Source: Laetmonice hystrix (taxonomy: Eukaryota). From it: 64,000 nt of DNA. The stretch spans positions 7,998,001-8,062,000 of the forward strand of contig OZ249436.1 of the NCBI GenBank assembly GCA_965235115.1, given 5' to 3'. The translations under genes and the position numbers were made by a program. Below are positions 1 through 13,262 of this stretch, one piece after another (within the stretch, counting starts at the first letter, position 1; each line of letters opens with the position of its first letter). The notes beneath the pieces are model-generated. The model was not told the origin of the DNA. It saw only the letters and a program-made list of their open reading frames with translations, and made no database searches.

Positions 1-569
1 GTGATGAGGTTGGACACCCGTGTAACTCCTCGGCTGTGATGATGTTGGACACCCGTGTAACTCCTCGGCTGTGATGAGGATGGACACCCGTGTAACTCCT
101 CGGCTGTGATGAGGATGGACACCCGTGTAACTCCTCGGCTGAATGTGATGAGGATGGACACCCGTGTAACTCCTCGGCTGAGTGTAATGAGGTTGGACAC
201 CCGTGTAACTCCTCGGCTGTGATGAGGTTGGACACCCGTGTAACTCCTCGGCTGAGTGTAATGAGGATGGACACCCGTGTAACTCCTCGGCTGTGATGAG
301 GATGGACACCCGTGTAACTCCTCGGCTGTGATGAGGATGGACACCCGTGTAACTCCTCGGCTGTGATGAGGATGGACACCCGTGTAACTCCTCGGCTGAG
401 TGTAATGAGGATGGACACCCGTGTAACTCCTCGGCTGTGATGAGGATGGACACCCGTGTAACTCCTCGGCTGTGATGAGGATGGACACCCGTGTAACTCC
501 TCGGCTGTGATGAGGTTGGACACCCGTGTAACTCCTCGGCTGAATGTGATGAGGATGGACACCCGTGTA
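1..569. repeat. Minisatellite, 35-nt unit (GTGATGAGGATGGACACCCGTGTAACTCCTCGGCT) with some 39-nt variants, ~15 copies, cut by the window start
   Basis: Units read directly at 1, 36, 71, 106; variants carry an extra GAAT/GAGT. Confidence 0.97.
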
Positions 570-1344
570 GAGAGTTGTATAGTGCGGTACGCGGTGAGTT
601 TATGTACCATATCGGAGTCTGTTACAACATGCCGTGGGCACCTTGAAGACTGCTGTCTGTTAGAAGTTGGTCGGACGGAAACGTTGTAAAGACTGTAGAC
701 TCTGCCTTGCTATACCAAGCGCAGTGATAATGATATGTAATGTGTGCACTTTACGGCATATTGACCGCAGTGTTGGTGTTTTAAACGATTCCCTTGCATG
801 CGTCCATGGAATAACAACTTCAAGGTTGGGTGCTTTCATGTTAGCCAGTGAATGCCAGACTGATCGTTACCCAGTACTGTCGGGGTGCGCCGTGACCGGC
901 TACTGGCCGGGTGTGGCAGGCCGCCGGGTCTAGGGCTGGTATAGCCGGGCTGCCCTAGGGCGGATACCGTAACGCCAGCCCGCCTGCCTTACTAATACCA
1001 CCCTCACACGCACACTGATCACTGCTCTATGTAAAGTAGACGGCAGGGGCCCGGAAGAGGGCCGAGTCTATATTCAGATGATGAATTATAGTTCTGATAA
1101 ACCAGACCAAGTCAGCCATAACATGATTTCTTTTTTGTTATCTTTGATATAGTGGAAATAGCTTGGATTGGTCGACCTACATACAGTAAACGGTCCATAG
1201 TGCCATCGTTACTTACACGTATAGGTCATCTTCACAAGTTGTTATATATAGGAGCACAACTCTACCATCACTGGCATCGCTTTGACTCTAGGAACCCTGT
1301 AATCCCCAGCATCATGCCGCAAGGGATTTTAATACAACCATAAA

Positions 1345-1440
1345 GTATTACATGTCATTATGTATTACATGTCATATGTATTACATGTCATATGTATTAC
1401 ATGTCATATAGTATGTAGTATAAAGTATTACATGTCATAT
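1345..1440. repeat. Short tandem repeat, ~16-nt unit TGTATTACATGTCATA
   Basis: About four adjacent copies plus one displaced copy near 1425-1440. Confidence 0.85.
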
Positions 1441-3703
1441 GATGACAGTGTAGTTGTGACTTATTCCTCCATTAATAGTGTGTCTGCATGTAACACAATC
1501 AATAGTATCTATGTCTCTACCTCACATATTATAGCGATTTATAGAGTTATTGATTTAATCCACCGTCCATGATGACAATTATAACAGGTTTATGCCGATA
1601 TAGAAAATGTGGTTCTTTGATGACTGTCCAACTACATTATATTAGCAGCATTGCACATTACAAACATTAATAATACCAATGATTCCTACTGCCGTTGAAA
1701 AACCAAAGTAAAAATATAAATACAATATATTTACATTTATCTCTAAGTTATGCTTATTAAAAGGTACAGTTTTAAAATGCCCTCGTTTATTTCCCATAAA
1801 GTCGACTCTGTCAATGAATAAGTCGTTATTCTTCTACTGTTCAGAACGTCAGCAAATTAATTGGAAACTACTCTGGGTGTTACTATATAGGAAAGCCATC
1901 ACAAGTAAGACTAATGGCTGAACATAAGTAAATATGTGACCGATAGTTTTCATCCTCTAAATCCGTGGTTGATTGCTATAATCTTATCTTATGGGTGATT
2001 CATATAATCTTATCTTATCATCATGTTATCTATCTATCGTTGTGATGACGTCACTTGAGAGGTTATTGCTATATCAAGCTATACTGTTTTGGGGGATTAT
2101 ACATGATGGTTGATTGTTGATAAAATGGTAATAGGTAATTATTATTAACAAGTAATTTTTAATATAAAATTAAGTGAATATAACCTAGTTAACTAGGAAA
2201 CGATGAAAACACTTGAAGGAACTCATTCACTCGTATACATTACAGCACCCTAATGGTTACTTTGCCTCGACATCTGCCAGGAATGATAATTATATTGTAA
2301 CCATAGAAACCCGTCGTTTTCCGAATACCTCACCAACACATACTTAGCATAGGTACATCCAACATCGCGTCTTAATGACATGGAGTTGACCTAAAAGGTT
2401 TCATTCAGCGCTTAAGATTCTGAGTTTTTTTTATATAGAAAACTCTGTATTGAAGCTGTTATCAGAATGGGCACTTACTTATAAAGCGCAGTCTTGTCGC
2501 ACAGATACAAAGATAACGCAATTCTTTTCTTTCTTGTTGCTTAAGTTTTCTTTTATAAGGTAGGAATCGAAGTCGACAGTTTATTTTTATACAAATCCCT
2601 GAATATTCCAACCATGGAACAGTTAACTCCGGGTGATGGCAAGCAGTTGACAAGAAATGCATTTCAAAATAAGTGTCTTAATTTTTTTCGAGTAATGTGT
2701 CTTCAGTACACATATGCCGACTATCCGCCAGTATTAGCAGGCCTTTGTTCGCCTGTCATCGCAATCAAAGTGCCTCTCGCCACGCGCACCGTCTGCGCAT
2801 TGATTTTACTTCAAGATGTAATCAGCGAGGCGTTCAACAAAACGCTGAGGCTGTGAGTTGCCTCCGCCATTCGCTTATATTTTCAAACACTTTGCCCACT
2901 CAGCGGCACTATTGCCTACAAGGACCTACACGGCGCGCGCCGTGATTTCCCTGCCGTACCTCGCCTACCTGCCACTCTAACTCCGCCGGTGTATGGAGAG
3001 AGTGAAAACACTCCCTTAGAGAAGCCACTTAATGAGCTTTGTTTCCCAAGATTCTCCCTTTAAATGCCCCTTTCAGACTTACGCCGGGGCTCTAAAGTGG
3101 AGTAACACTAGCTGGTTTTAATGATGCCAGAGGTGCTCACGCTTCCGTCTGGCCCCGAGGGTGCCCAGGGATACATGCGGGTGACAGAAGTAGTCCCCTG
3201 TTATTTACAGTGATAAGTACATACACCTCCGCCGACCATTCTCCGGGTACCCTGGGGAGGACTGGCTGGGGGCGTGGGGAGGGGGTGGGGGTGGTATCAT
3301 TTTTGTCCTTTCAAGTTGTCCCGTCCATTATGCACCCAAAGAAAAAATACCAGCGTCGAGGTGTGTCAAATAGCCCTCTGACTTCCGAATGATTCGAGTC
3401 CTAATTTCGGCTAATTGCTAGTGATTGTGTGGATTTCTCCGCAGCACTATACACGACTGTAGTAATTTGCCGGCCCTGCCTTTCTTCCGTATAATGGGGA
3501 TAATTTTCAGACAAGGGTCAAGCAAATTGAGGTGCCTGTCTCTAGCATAATGATTCTCGGTCATGCACAAGGAAAGGTTGTTAGAGATTCTTTGGGCATT
3601 GGTGAAGCATAGGATAGGCAAAGTGAGATAATACAAATAGAAGTGACAATAGTATAGAACCAGTGGCAAACCATAGTTCCGTCGTCACCAACCATGTGAG
3701 GGA

Positions 3704-4290
3704 CAGCGGCAGCAGAAGCAGAAGCAGCAGCAGTAAAAGTAACAACAGGAACAGCAGCTTCAGGAGCAGCAGCAGCAGCAGCAGCAGCAGCTGCAGGAGC
3801 AGCAGGGGCAGCAGGAGTAGCAGAAGCAGCAGCAGCAGTAGCAGCAGCAGAAGCAGCAGGAGCAGCAGCACCAATAGCAGCGATAGCAGTAGCAGAAGCA
3901 GCAGCAGCAGTAGCAACAACAGGAACAGCAGCTACAGGAGCAGCAGCAGCNNNNNNNNNNNNNNNNNNNNNNNNNNNNNNNNNNNNNNNNNNNNNNNNNN
4001 NNNNNNNNNNNNNNNNNNNNNNNNNNNNNNNNNNNNNNNNNNNNNNNNNNNNNNNNNNNNNNNNNNNNNNNNNNNNNNNNNNNNNNNNNNNNNNNNCAGT
4101 AGCAGCGATAGCAGTAGCAGAAGCAGCAGCAGCAGTAGCAGCAGCAGAAGCAGCAACAGCAGCAGAAGCAGCAGGAGCAGCAGCAACAGCAGTAACAGAA
4201 GCAGAAGCAGCAGCAGCAGCAGCAGTAGCAGCAGCAGAAGGAGCAACAGCAGCAGAAGCAGCAGGAGCAGCAGCAACAGCAGTAACAGAA

Positions 4291-4322
<32 letters not shown>

Positions 4323-4323
4323 G
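3704..4323. repeat. Degenerate (CAG)n trinucleotide array interrupted by an assembly gap
   Basis: CAG/CAA/TAG/AAG/GAG triplets on both sides of the N-run; explains the poly-S/L/A/C ORFs. Confidence 0.95.
3951..4096. other. Assembly gap (N run)
   Basis: Run of N. Confidence 0.99.
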
Positions 4324-5890
4324 ACTATTATAGTAGATCCTCGCCTCCCGTGGGGCGTTCCAAAAGGCACGCTCGCGACACGCTGTGAATACTAAGTGGC
4401 TGAGGGTCAGCGTCATATGTGACGGCTCATCCTGGTACTTTGGAGACAGTCACAGACGCAGCTCTGGGCGCGGGGTGGGGGTGAGGGAGGGGGTGAGGGG
4501 GGGGGGTGCCGTTGAGGAAATCAAGGCGGCGCACTCCAGGGACACCCTACTAATTCATGGCAACCTTGTTGGGCACTGGGCTTTTGTATAAAACCGTACG
4601 GAATAAGACTCACATTAGTGTACTGTTTGTCATCTTTTGCAGACAGTTATAACGATTCCTTATTGGCCAGACATTATTCCACCTCAGAAATATATGAACT
4701 GACGTCACTGATTATAAGACACCAGAATTAGTAATGATTGCAGCGATTGTCGCAGAGATTGTGATTACACTCTATTCTTTTCCAGTCCGCCAGAGGCTTG
4801 GAATATAATAGGCCTATATACCGTATAATCTAATATATGTATAAGACGGCCATTATATAATATATTCTCCGAGCAGCTCTCCTCATTACGACTTGTTTAT
4901 ATGTGAGTACCCGAGGTACAGTAGGTCATGTTTCTGAGAAGGGAAATGTCCCCTAGTCATGATAAAGGATGGTGACGCCAGCCGCCTCCCTGACACCCGC
5001 CCTAAGGCGGCAGTAGACAACGACAGCCAGTAAAGCAAAGGCCTGACGCTGTCAGAAGCGTCTCCAGAGACGAGGGCAGGATGGGAGGAGGAAGGAGCCG
5101 GTCGATCGATGAGAACAACTTAGATGGATGAGCATAGCGCCAACTGAAGCATATTCCACTGATACACTCAGAGTCTCGGAAAATAAAGTGAAAATGTGAT
5201 GCACTCGTAGTGGTGACGCCGTGCTTGGCCCAGTGCTTTAGTCGACTGTAGAGGTTTATCGATGGAACGCCGCACCGCCCGCAGTTCTCTCCTCCACATC
5301 TGGAGAGCTCTTCACGCCATCCGTAAAGCGCGCCAAGTTTGGCCGGAACGACCAGGAAACGACGCCAACTATCACTGTTGTCGTCTGCTTGCGATGACTG
5401 TGAAATGACGGGCGATGTAGACGCGGAATCACGCCCTTTCGATCCTGTGAACCTGTTAATTTCACCAGTGATTAATGATATAATCCACGTCACGAGAAGA
5501 ATCGGTGGGGGTGGAGCTGTCGCCACGTCGCTCGTCATATCCTCTCTGGGCATTAATCAGGGAAAATAATCAGAGGGCATTGCGCATGCTTAGCGTCGAC
5601 GTGAGAAAAGGGTGTTCCTGTGACGAGTGGCATTTGACAGGGGCTTTGATGGTGATGTGTACACGTCTGACAGGAGTACACATAGTCGATCGGTCCTATG
5701 TATGCAGGACGCCGCTTAAAGTCTTTGGCGTCTGCTTGACCTATCTCCTAGAACTCTGACAGTGAGGTCAGGAGGAAGCCACTCTGCGCATGTCAATCAT
5801 CCTAGGAAGCCATAGCCGTGTTGTATCTGGAATAGAAAGGCACAACTCGAAGCCACTTTCAAAGGGCAATAAAGACGTAATTGCAAATCG

Positions 5891-5897
5891 CTCTCTC

Positions 5898-5952
<55 letters not shown>
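5891..5952. repeat. (CT)n microsatellite
   Basis: Direct reading. Confidence 0.98.
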
Positions 5953-5954
<2 letters not shown>

Positions 5955-8900
5955 ATCTTGTATCTTAGACTGTATATAGAAGCTATATATGCAATATACA
6001 CATATCAGTACCGTATTTAGATATCGATATTTACGATAGATTTATGCACATCGTTTCTCAGAGAGAAAATTTCCTTGGTAATGTTAAATATGTGGACAGT
6101 CACCTGATGGCCTGTCGGATTCTCGAGTTCCTGATGGCCCATAGACTCTATAGGGGCCTACCGACCTCTATATCACCCGGGAGGTCATACATAATGTAAT
6201 AGAAACATTGCGAGGGGCCAGTTTACGATAAACCCGCTCTTACAATCATTGCCCATTATCTCACACCCATCAAACTAAAGCCGAGTCCAAAGCCCGGATA
6301 CATTATCCACTGTCGGGTTATGATTTTAATTAGAGAATTTGATAAAGGATTTCCCCATTGTTATCCGATACGACGTCAACCGTCCAAACCTCTACATTGA
6401 ACTCTTAACGCTAGTCCATGGGTCCAGGTGAGCCAATTCACATGGGGACACATTATAATGGTTAGGAATGACAGGAATGGCGACCCCACCCCCACACCGA
6501 CCATGGACCTGGTATGGTGGAACATTTCGTTCATGATTCCACTTTATATAGTTAATAATGAAACATGATTGATATGCTGTGAGGTTTTTAACGGTATCTA
6601 CGGTATTCTGTGTTGTCTGACTCAAGTGTAGCACACTTGTAAACTGACCGTGTTACCATTCCACACGGGTAGCTTGCCAGAAATAGAACCGAATCGAACC
6701 TGGTTAATTCGCTGATCGCTGACAGTAGATGGCACTGACGTCGGCTGCGTTTGGCATGGTAAATGCTGTCTCTAATGGCGTCTTTGGTTCTCCATGGCAA
6801 CTGTCAATATCTGTTTTTCGAGACTAGTTTTCTTGGATAGAATCAATTATTGGCGCGGGACCAGTGACTAGCTATGACGGACCGGCGTTTACGGTATGTC
6901 TCGGACTGTCCGAGCGCCGATGGATGACCTCCCGAGGGCACCTGTCCAAAAAAAACGCCGCTAGGGGGCGCGGGCGGTGACGGAGCCTTAATGGCATGCA
7001 TTACATGCTCACACCAGGATCACATATATGTAGTTATAGAGGTTGCCAACACGCACGCGTGGTTGCTCCGATAGCTGGGTCCTTTATGGCCCGAGCAGCG
7101 CCTTTCCGGGCGCCATGGGAAGCCCGCGTGTCGTTATCGCCTCTCGACGCCCGTCCTGCACTGCCTCCCCCCACGGCCAGTCCAACCTACACACCAGTAA
7201 AATGTCCATATTCTCGCCCGAAAGTACCATTTAGATATCGATCCCAATTCGGAGAAGTACTCTATGGAGATTTGTATTGAGCACACTCGTGGAGACGGGG
7301 CTGAGACGGCAGCCTACATTGACCCGCCATGCCAAACTTTTAGATCACGCTTTATACGAAACGGTGGCTCATATCGAACGGAGGTGATAAAGTTTGAGAT
7401 TGAGGCTCGCGGCCAGAACGAGGCTGATGATACGGTCGGGGGGGTTGATTAGACCCGCCATAAAAGCATTGCTGTGTAACGCGCATCCTCATTGTATCAC
7501 AGCATTGAACTTAACCGTTTAATACGACCCGCTGTCTGCAGATGTGCGGCTCCAAAATGGCGACATGTTTGTGGGCGAACAAAGTGAAGGGGTGATCGAC
7601 GGCGCACTACGCCCTCCCACCCACCTACTCCACTTCTCAGAACAATGGCGCGTCTGAAAGACAGAAATGATTTGATGATGTTTAAGAAACGCAGATGTTC
7701 CGGATGGAATTGGCGCCATATCTTGATTTATAGGTAATCAAATTGTATAGCGGTGGTTGCTATCGGTTGGTTTGGTGGAGATGTCCGGGCCAGTCAATAC
7801 GAGTTTCACGGCAGCAATCTTATCGTTGTGCTAGTGTAACGCGTCTTCACAGAGACACGGACATCGTTCTTCTTCAGACCTCCATATGCACTGAAGCGTT
7901 GCCCCAGACAATTCCTTCTTGTGTAACCCACCCCCTTCCCCCCTCTGTAACTCCAGCGCGCCTCTGGTAACTTAAGCCGTAATCCCTTAAAATTGTCCTT
8001 AATCCATGCACTCCTCAGGGTGGAGTGGATTTCGGCGTTCACGGTTTCTTCATGAGGCCCATGGATTATCGGGGTCTGACGGGCTCTGTAAATACTGGGG
8101 AGGATCGCCCCAATGGGTGCTTAGTCAGGAACTAGGCGGGAAGCAAAGGTGGGTGTTTGCCGCTCGAACAGTGCTGCTGTCTCTACAAAAGTCATTTTTT
8201 AATTGTCCCTTGTGGTCTCATCGATCAATGTCAGCATAACCAACAGTGCACTTGTTTTCGCAGAATAAAAAACTCATTAAGTGATAATGAAATGCATAAA
8301 TGTGCGCTAAATCAGATTCATGTAATGCATTGTGAAGAGGGAGCGATGGTGAGGCGGGCAGCTTGCTGGAAGAGGAGAAAATTGGCGGCGAACCCGAAAT
8401 ATCTTACGATTGAAATATGAAAGGATGATGAAAGCCTTTGCAGTAACTTCAGGGTGGGCCTAAGGTTTGAAAATACTTTTGGCTCTAGCAAGGAAGTTAT
8501 TTCCTCCTAATAACCTTAGGCTAGGCCTATACAGGAACTTGAAATATGGGGGGGGGGGGGGGGCAATAAAATATAGCTCCGAAAGAATTTAGCATATAGT
8601 GGCAAGATTATACTTCAGATTGTGAGGGCTGGTATAAATTTCGTAAAACTCAATGAGGTCCTTTGTCACGAAATACTAGGAGATATAACGGTCCCCGACA
8701 TTAATAATTTGGACTTACGAAATTTTGAACAGCTTTTTAGGTTAAAACAGAGGAGAAATGCTGTGAGGCACGATATGCATATTGAGTGCGACTATGAAAC
8801 TTCTGTTATAGTCGATATTTTTACCACGTGGCAATCAAAGTCCGTGTTTCATCAAGTACCAACCAGTGCATTTATATTGATAGCACTTCTTCTCCATAGT

Positions 8901-9491
8901 TTTTATCTCCTACAAGAAACATGGGTCCATGTTACAGCGTATGAAGTATTTTTTCGTGGTAGATCACCTGATCTACTTTTTGTTACGAACTGATACCGCT
9001 TTCTTCATGGTTGATACTGTTCGCATGTACGAGATCGCTTTGAATGACGTCATGTTTGCATTTCAACCACCTTGTTCTTGCAACACGATTCCGGTGAATC
9101 GTATTGGCTTACTAAGGGCCTGTTCATTATATAGACGCGTAGCCAGTCGATTTGCCTTTAACGACACAACATGAAGCGCGTGCAGTTCATTGATTATGCA
9201 GACGAAGTCTTTTAATCTAATTGCAATCTAGGGCGGGAACAAAGAAGGGGGGAAATCTAAACATTTAATTGTTTAAAGTTGTGTGCGTGTAGGAATTTCT
9301 ATTTGTCTACTCCGGTACCATTATCTTTCCGCCAATAACGTTACAGTGACGCCGCCTTTGAAGACCACCTCTTCAAAGAAGGCGTTACACTGTAAAGAAA
9401 CCTTTCCGATCAGATAAGAGGTTTGAAAATCGCCGATCCACACACGACGATGGAAAATAGTGTGCTTACACTTTTATAGAGAAACGGAATA

Positions 9492-9495
<4 letters not shown>

Positions 9496-9558
<63 letters not shown>

Positions 9559-9566
9559 CTCTCTCC
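9496..9566. repeat. (CT)n microsatellite
   Basis: Direct reading. Confidence 0.97.
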
Positions 9567-10671
9567 TTATTTATTCTTTATTTTGCCAAAGACTATTCCT
9601 CATTGACTAATGGAAGTTCTACATATCTTGTCATCGCATAGTTTTGTACAGCAGGGCCTGATCAAAGATCATGGGGTATAGGTAGTTATAGAGTGTGTAG
9701 TATGTCAGTGTTTGCAATAACAGTTACACACGATTCAGCGGATGATCGACGTTTTCCCCCAGAATCGAAGTGTATCGAAATATGTTTGAATTCTTTTTTG
9801 GGGGGCGGCGACAGACCGTGTTTGAAAGACGCGTCATGGAAGCAATATTCATATTTGCTCCACAGAATGACGGTTACACATTTAATGTGGAATCCTCCCT
9901 TGGCAAACGTGTTGACATTCTGCAATGTCGCTATTTACTCTGTACATACGTGCTGTTTAGGAGACGCCCGCCCAATTTAAGCCATTACTGGATCTAACGT
10001 AAATGTTTCGGCAATTTGCGTTCGCCGTTGGACCACTGTTCTCCTAATATGGCTAGAGAAATGAATCACAAAAGTAAATTGTAACTCCACTCGGGCATGT
10101 AATCGAGTACCATGCTGGATAAAAAATGTCATTATGAGGGCGTCTTACGCCTGAATGGCGCGCTATGATATGCTAATCTCACTCCTGCCAAACTGCGAAA
10201 CCAATGAATATGACTAGCCGCCAAGACTTGCCCTGAAGCCAATGAAATGCCATTAGTGGCGCTGATCTAGATAATGTTTTTGGAGGAACTATTTCGGGCA
10301 GACACAGGCCATGAGTCTGCTATCGACTGCTACTGTCAAATTGTGGGATAATGCATCATTTTTAATACAATCACTGGCACAATATTGCTGGCGATAAGTT
10401 GCCTCGGCCGAACTGCTCGTTTGAATGAAGTTCACTCCCGCGAGATACATTTTTCTTGATGTTATCAGCACGCCCGATGAGACACCAGCCTCGCGTACTC
10501 GCACCCCTGGCCGCAGATGGCGGCAACGCCAGATATTTCCCGCCACGAGAGACGCCAGTCCCCGGAACGCTTAGGTCAAGCAGACAACACGTCTTTTATT
10601 CTGCATCAATGGGTTTCATTTATAGAAGACGACGCTCCCAACTATACCTCTACCTATCTCCCTGCTTCCTC

Positions 10672-12455
10672 ATAATACTTATATCTCCGACCACCCCTAT
10701 CTATCCTCCGCCCATACACTTATCTCCGACCACCCCTATCTATCCTCCGCCCCTACACTTATCTTCGACCACCCCTATCTATCCTCCGCCCCTACACTTA
10801 TCTCCGACCACCCCTATCTATCCTCCGCCCATACACTTATCTCCGACCACCCCTATCTATCCTCCGCCCCTACACTTATCTCCGACCACCCCATCTATCC
10901 TCCGCCCCTACACTTATCTCCGACCACCCCATCTATCCTCCGCCCCTACACTTATCTCCGACCACGCCATCTATCCTCCGCCCATACACTTATCTCCGAC
11001 CACCCCTATCTATCCTCCGCCCATACACTTATCTCCGACCACCCCTATCTATCCTCCGCCCCTACACTTATCTCCGACCACCCCTATCTATCCTCCGCCC
11101 CTACACTTATCTCCGACCACCCCTATCTATCCTCCGCCCCTACACTTATCTCCGACCACCCCTATCTATCCTCCGCCCCTACACTTATCTCAGACCACCC
11201 CTATCTATCCTCCGCCCATACACTTATCTCCGACCACCCCTATCTATCCTCCGCCCCTACACTTATCTCCGACCACCCCTATCTATCCTCCGCCCCTACA
11301 CTTATCTCCGACCACCCCATCTATCCTCCGCCCCTACACTTATCTCCGACCACCCCTATCTATCCTCCGCCCCTACACTTATCTCCGACCACCCCTATCT
11401 ATCCTCCCCCTACACTTATCTCCGACCACCCCTATCTATCCTCCCCCCTACACTTATCTCCGACCACGCCATCTATCCTCCGCCCATACACTTATCTCCG
11501 ACCACCCTATCTATCCTCCGGCCCTACACTTATCTCCGACCACCCCTATCTATCCTCCCCCCTACACTTATCTCCGACCACCCCTATCTATCCTCCGCCC
11601 CTACACTTATCTCCGACCACGCCATCTATCCTCCGCCCCTACACTTATCTCCGACCACCCCATCTATCCTCCGCCCCTACACTTTTCTCCGACCACCCCA
11701 TCTATCCTCCGCCCCTACACTTATCTCCGACCACCCCTATCTATCCTCCTCCCCTACACTTATCTCCGACCACCCCATCTATCCTCCGCCCCTACACTTA
11801 TCTCCGACCACCCCTATCTATCCTCCGCCCCTACACTTATCTCCGACCACCCCATCTATCCTCCGCCCCTACACTTATCTCCGACCACCCGTATTTATCC
11901 TCCGCCCTACACTTATCTCCGACCACCCCTATCTATCCTCCGTCCCTACACTTATCTCCGACCACCCCATCTATCCTCCTTCCCTACACTTATCTCCGAC
12001 CACCCCTATCTATCCTCCTTCCCTACACTTATCTCCGACCACCCCTATCTATCCTCCCCCTACACTTATCTCCGACCACCCCTATCTATCCTCCCCCCTA
12101 CACTTATCTCCGACCACGCCATCTATCCTCCGCCCATACACTTATCTCCGACCACCCTATCTATCCTCCGGCCCTACACTTATCTCCGACCACCCCATCT
12201 ATCCTCCGCCCCTACACTTATCTCCGACCACCCGTATTTATCCTCCGCCCCTACACTTATCTCCGACCACCCCTATCTATCCTCCGTCCCTACACTTATC
12301 TCCGACCACCCCATCTATCCTCCGCCCCTACACTTATCTCCGACCACCCCTATCTATCCTCCGCCCCTACACTTATCTCCGACCACCCCTATCTATCCCC
12401 CGCCCCTACACTTATCTCCGACCACCCTATCTATCCTCCGCCCATACACTTATCT
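10672..12455. repeat. Large C-rich minisatellite, 39-nt unit (ACTTATCTCCGACCACCCCTATCTATCCTCCGCCCCTAC) with 38-nt variants, ~45 copies
   Basis: 13-aa periodicity in the ORF track (LHLSPTTPIYPPP); the unit has no stop codon in any + frame. Confidence 0.98.
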
Positions 12456-13165
12456 TTCAAACACCCACCCCCCGGTTCCTCCATTTTCTGAGTTTATACC
12501 CCGCTTATGTTCGTACATGTAGGTTCCATGCCAGGCAGCCAGCCGCTGCAGGAACCGACAATGGATACTCTCCTCCGGTCTTAGCCGCCAACATAACACA
12601 TTTCTTGGGCCCGGATCAGCGCGGCCGTGCCGTTATTGGCCGAGAACTGTCAATTACATCAGTGATCACGGCGCAGAAAGAAAGGAGACAATGTAGCGTC
12701 TGCGAGAGGAAATTAAAACGCGGCAACCCGCAACTGGACCCGTTGATGGATGAATGTGTAAGGATTTCATGAATGTTCATTGCTGTCAAATGTGGCGAAA
12801 CACAAATACAACGTTTTGCCTTCCTTGTATAATCCAAAGCAGTCTCCCGGGTATTCCTTTAATGGCGGTATTAGTTCTCTCAGAAGTGATACACTAAATT
12901 ATCACCCACGCCAGGAGACTGCCGCGCCAGTATTGGCATTAGTGCTCCATTGCTGACTTGATGATTTGAGGGGAGGGGGTAGGAATCTAATCGGGCATGC
13001 TCCGACCGTACACGGCAGCGTAGACTGGCTATGTGATGAAACGGACTTGTCAAACAGGGAATGAAATTAATTCGGTGCCGTGTTGTCTTGGTGATAGATA
13101 ACGTCAGCAGGCCTCAACAGACATCAACCCTGAGGGGGGCATATAGAACATTTTGTGTGGTGGGC

Positions 13166-13262
13166 AGGGTGGGGTGGGATAGAGAGGGGACGTAAGGGGA
13201 GGGGTGGGGTGGGAAGGAGAGGGGACGGTAGGGGAGGGGTGGGGTGGGATGGAGAGGGGACA
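13166..13262 (+). repeat. G-rich imperfect tandem repeat (GGGGTGGGATAGAGAGGGGGAC-like units), G4-prone
   Basis: About three related G-tract units. Confidence 0.7.

Noticed and set aside
3561-4416. Poly-Ser/Ala/Leu/Cys ORFs
   Set aside because: Translations of a CAG-type array spanning an N gap.
5002-5569. CpG-rich ORFs on both strands (183 aa minus, 76 aa plus)
   Set aside because: No recognisable domain and no consistent exon chain; possibly regulatory or non-coding.
8622-8993. 123-aa ORF with a non-ATG start
   Set aside because: No family similarity that I can recognise and no supporting splice or promoter context.
10456-12522. 688-aa Pro/Tyr-rich extensin-like ORF
   Set aside because: Lies almost entirely on a 39-nt minisatellite that is stop-free in all three + frames; the translation switches between frames at 38-nt units, so there is no sign of coding constraint.
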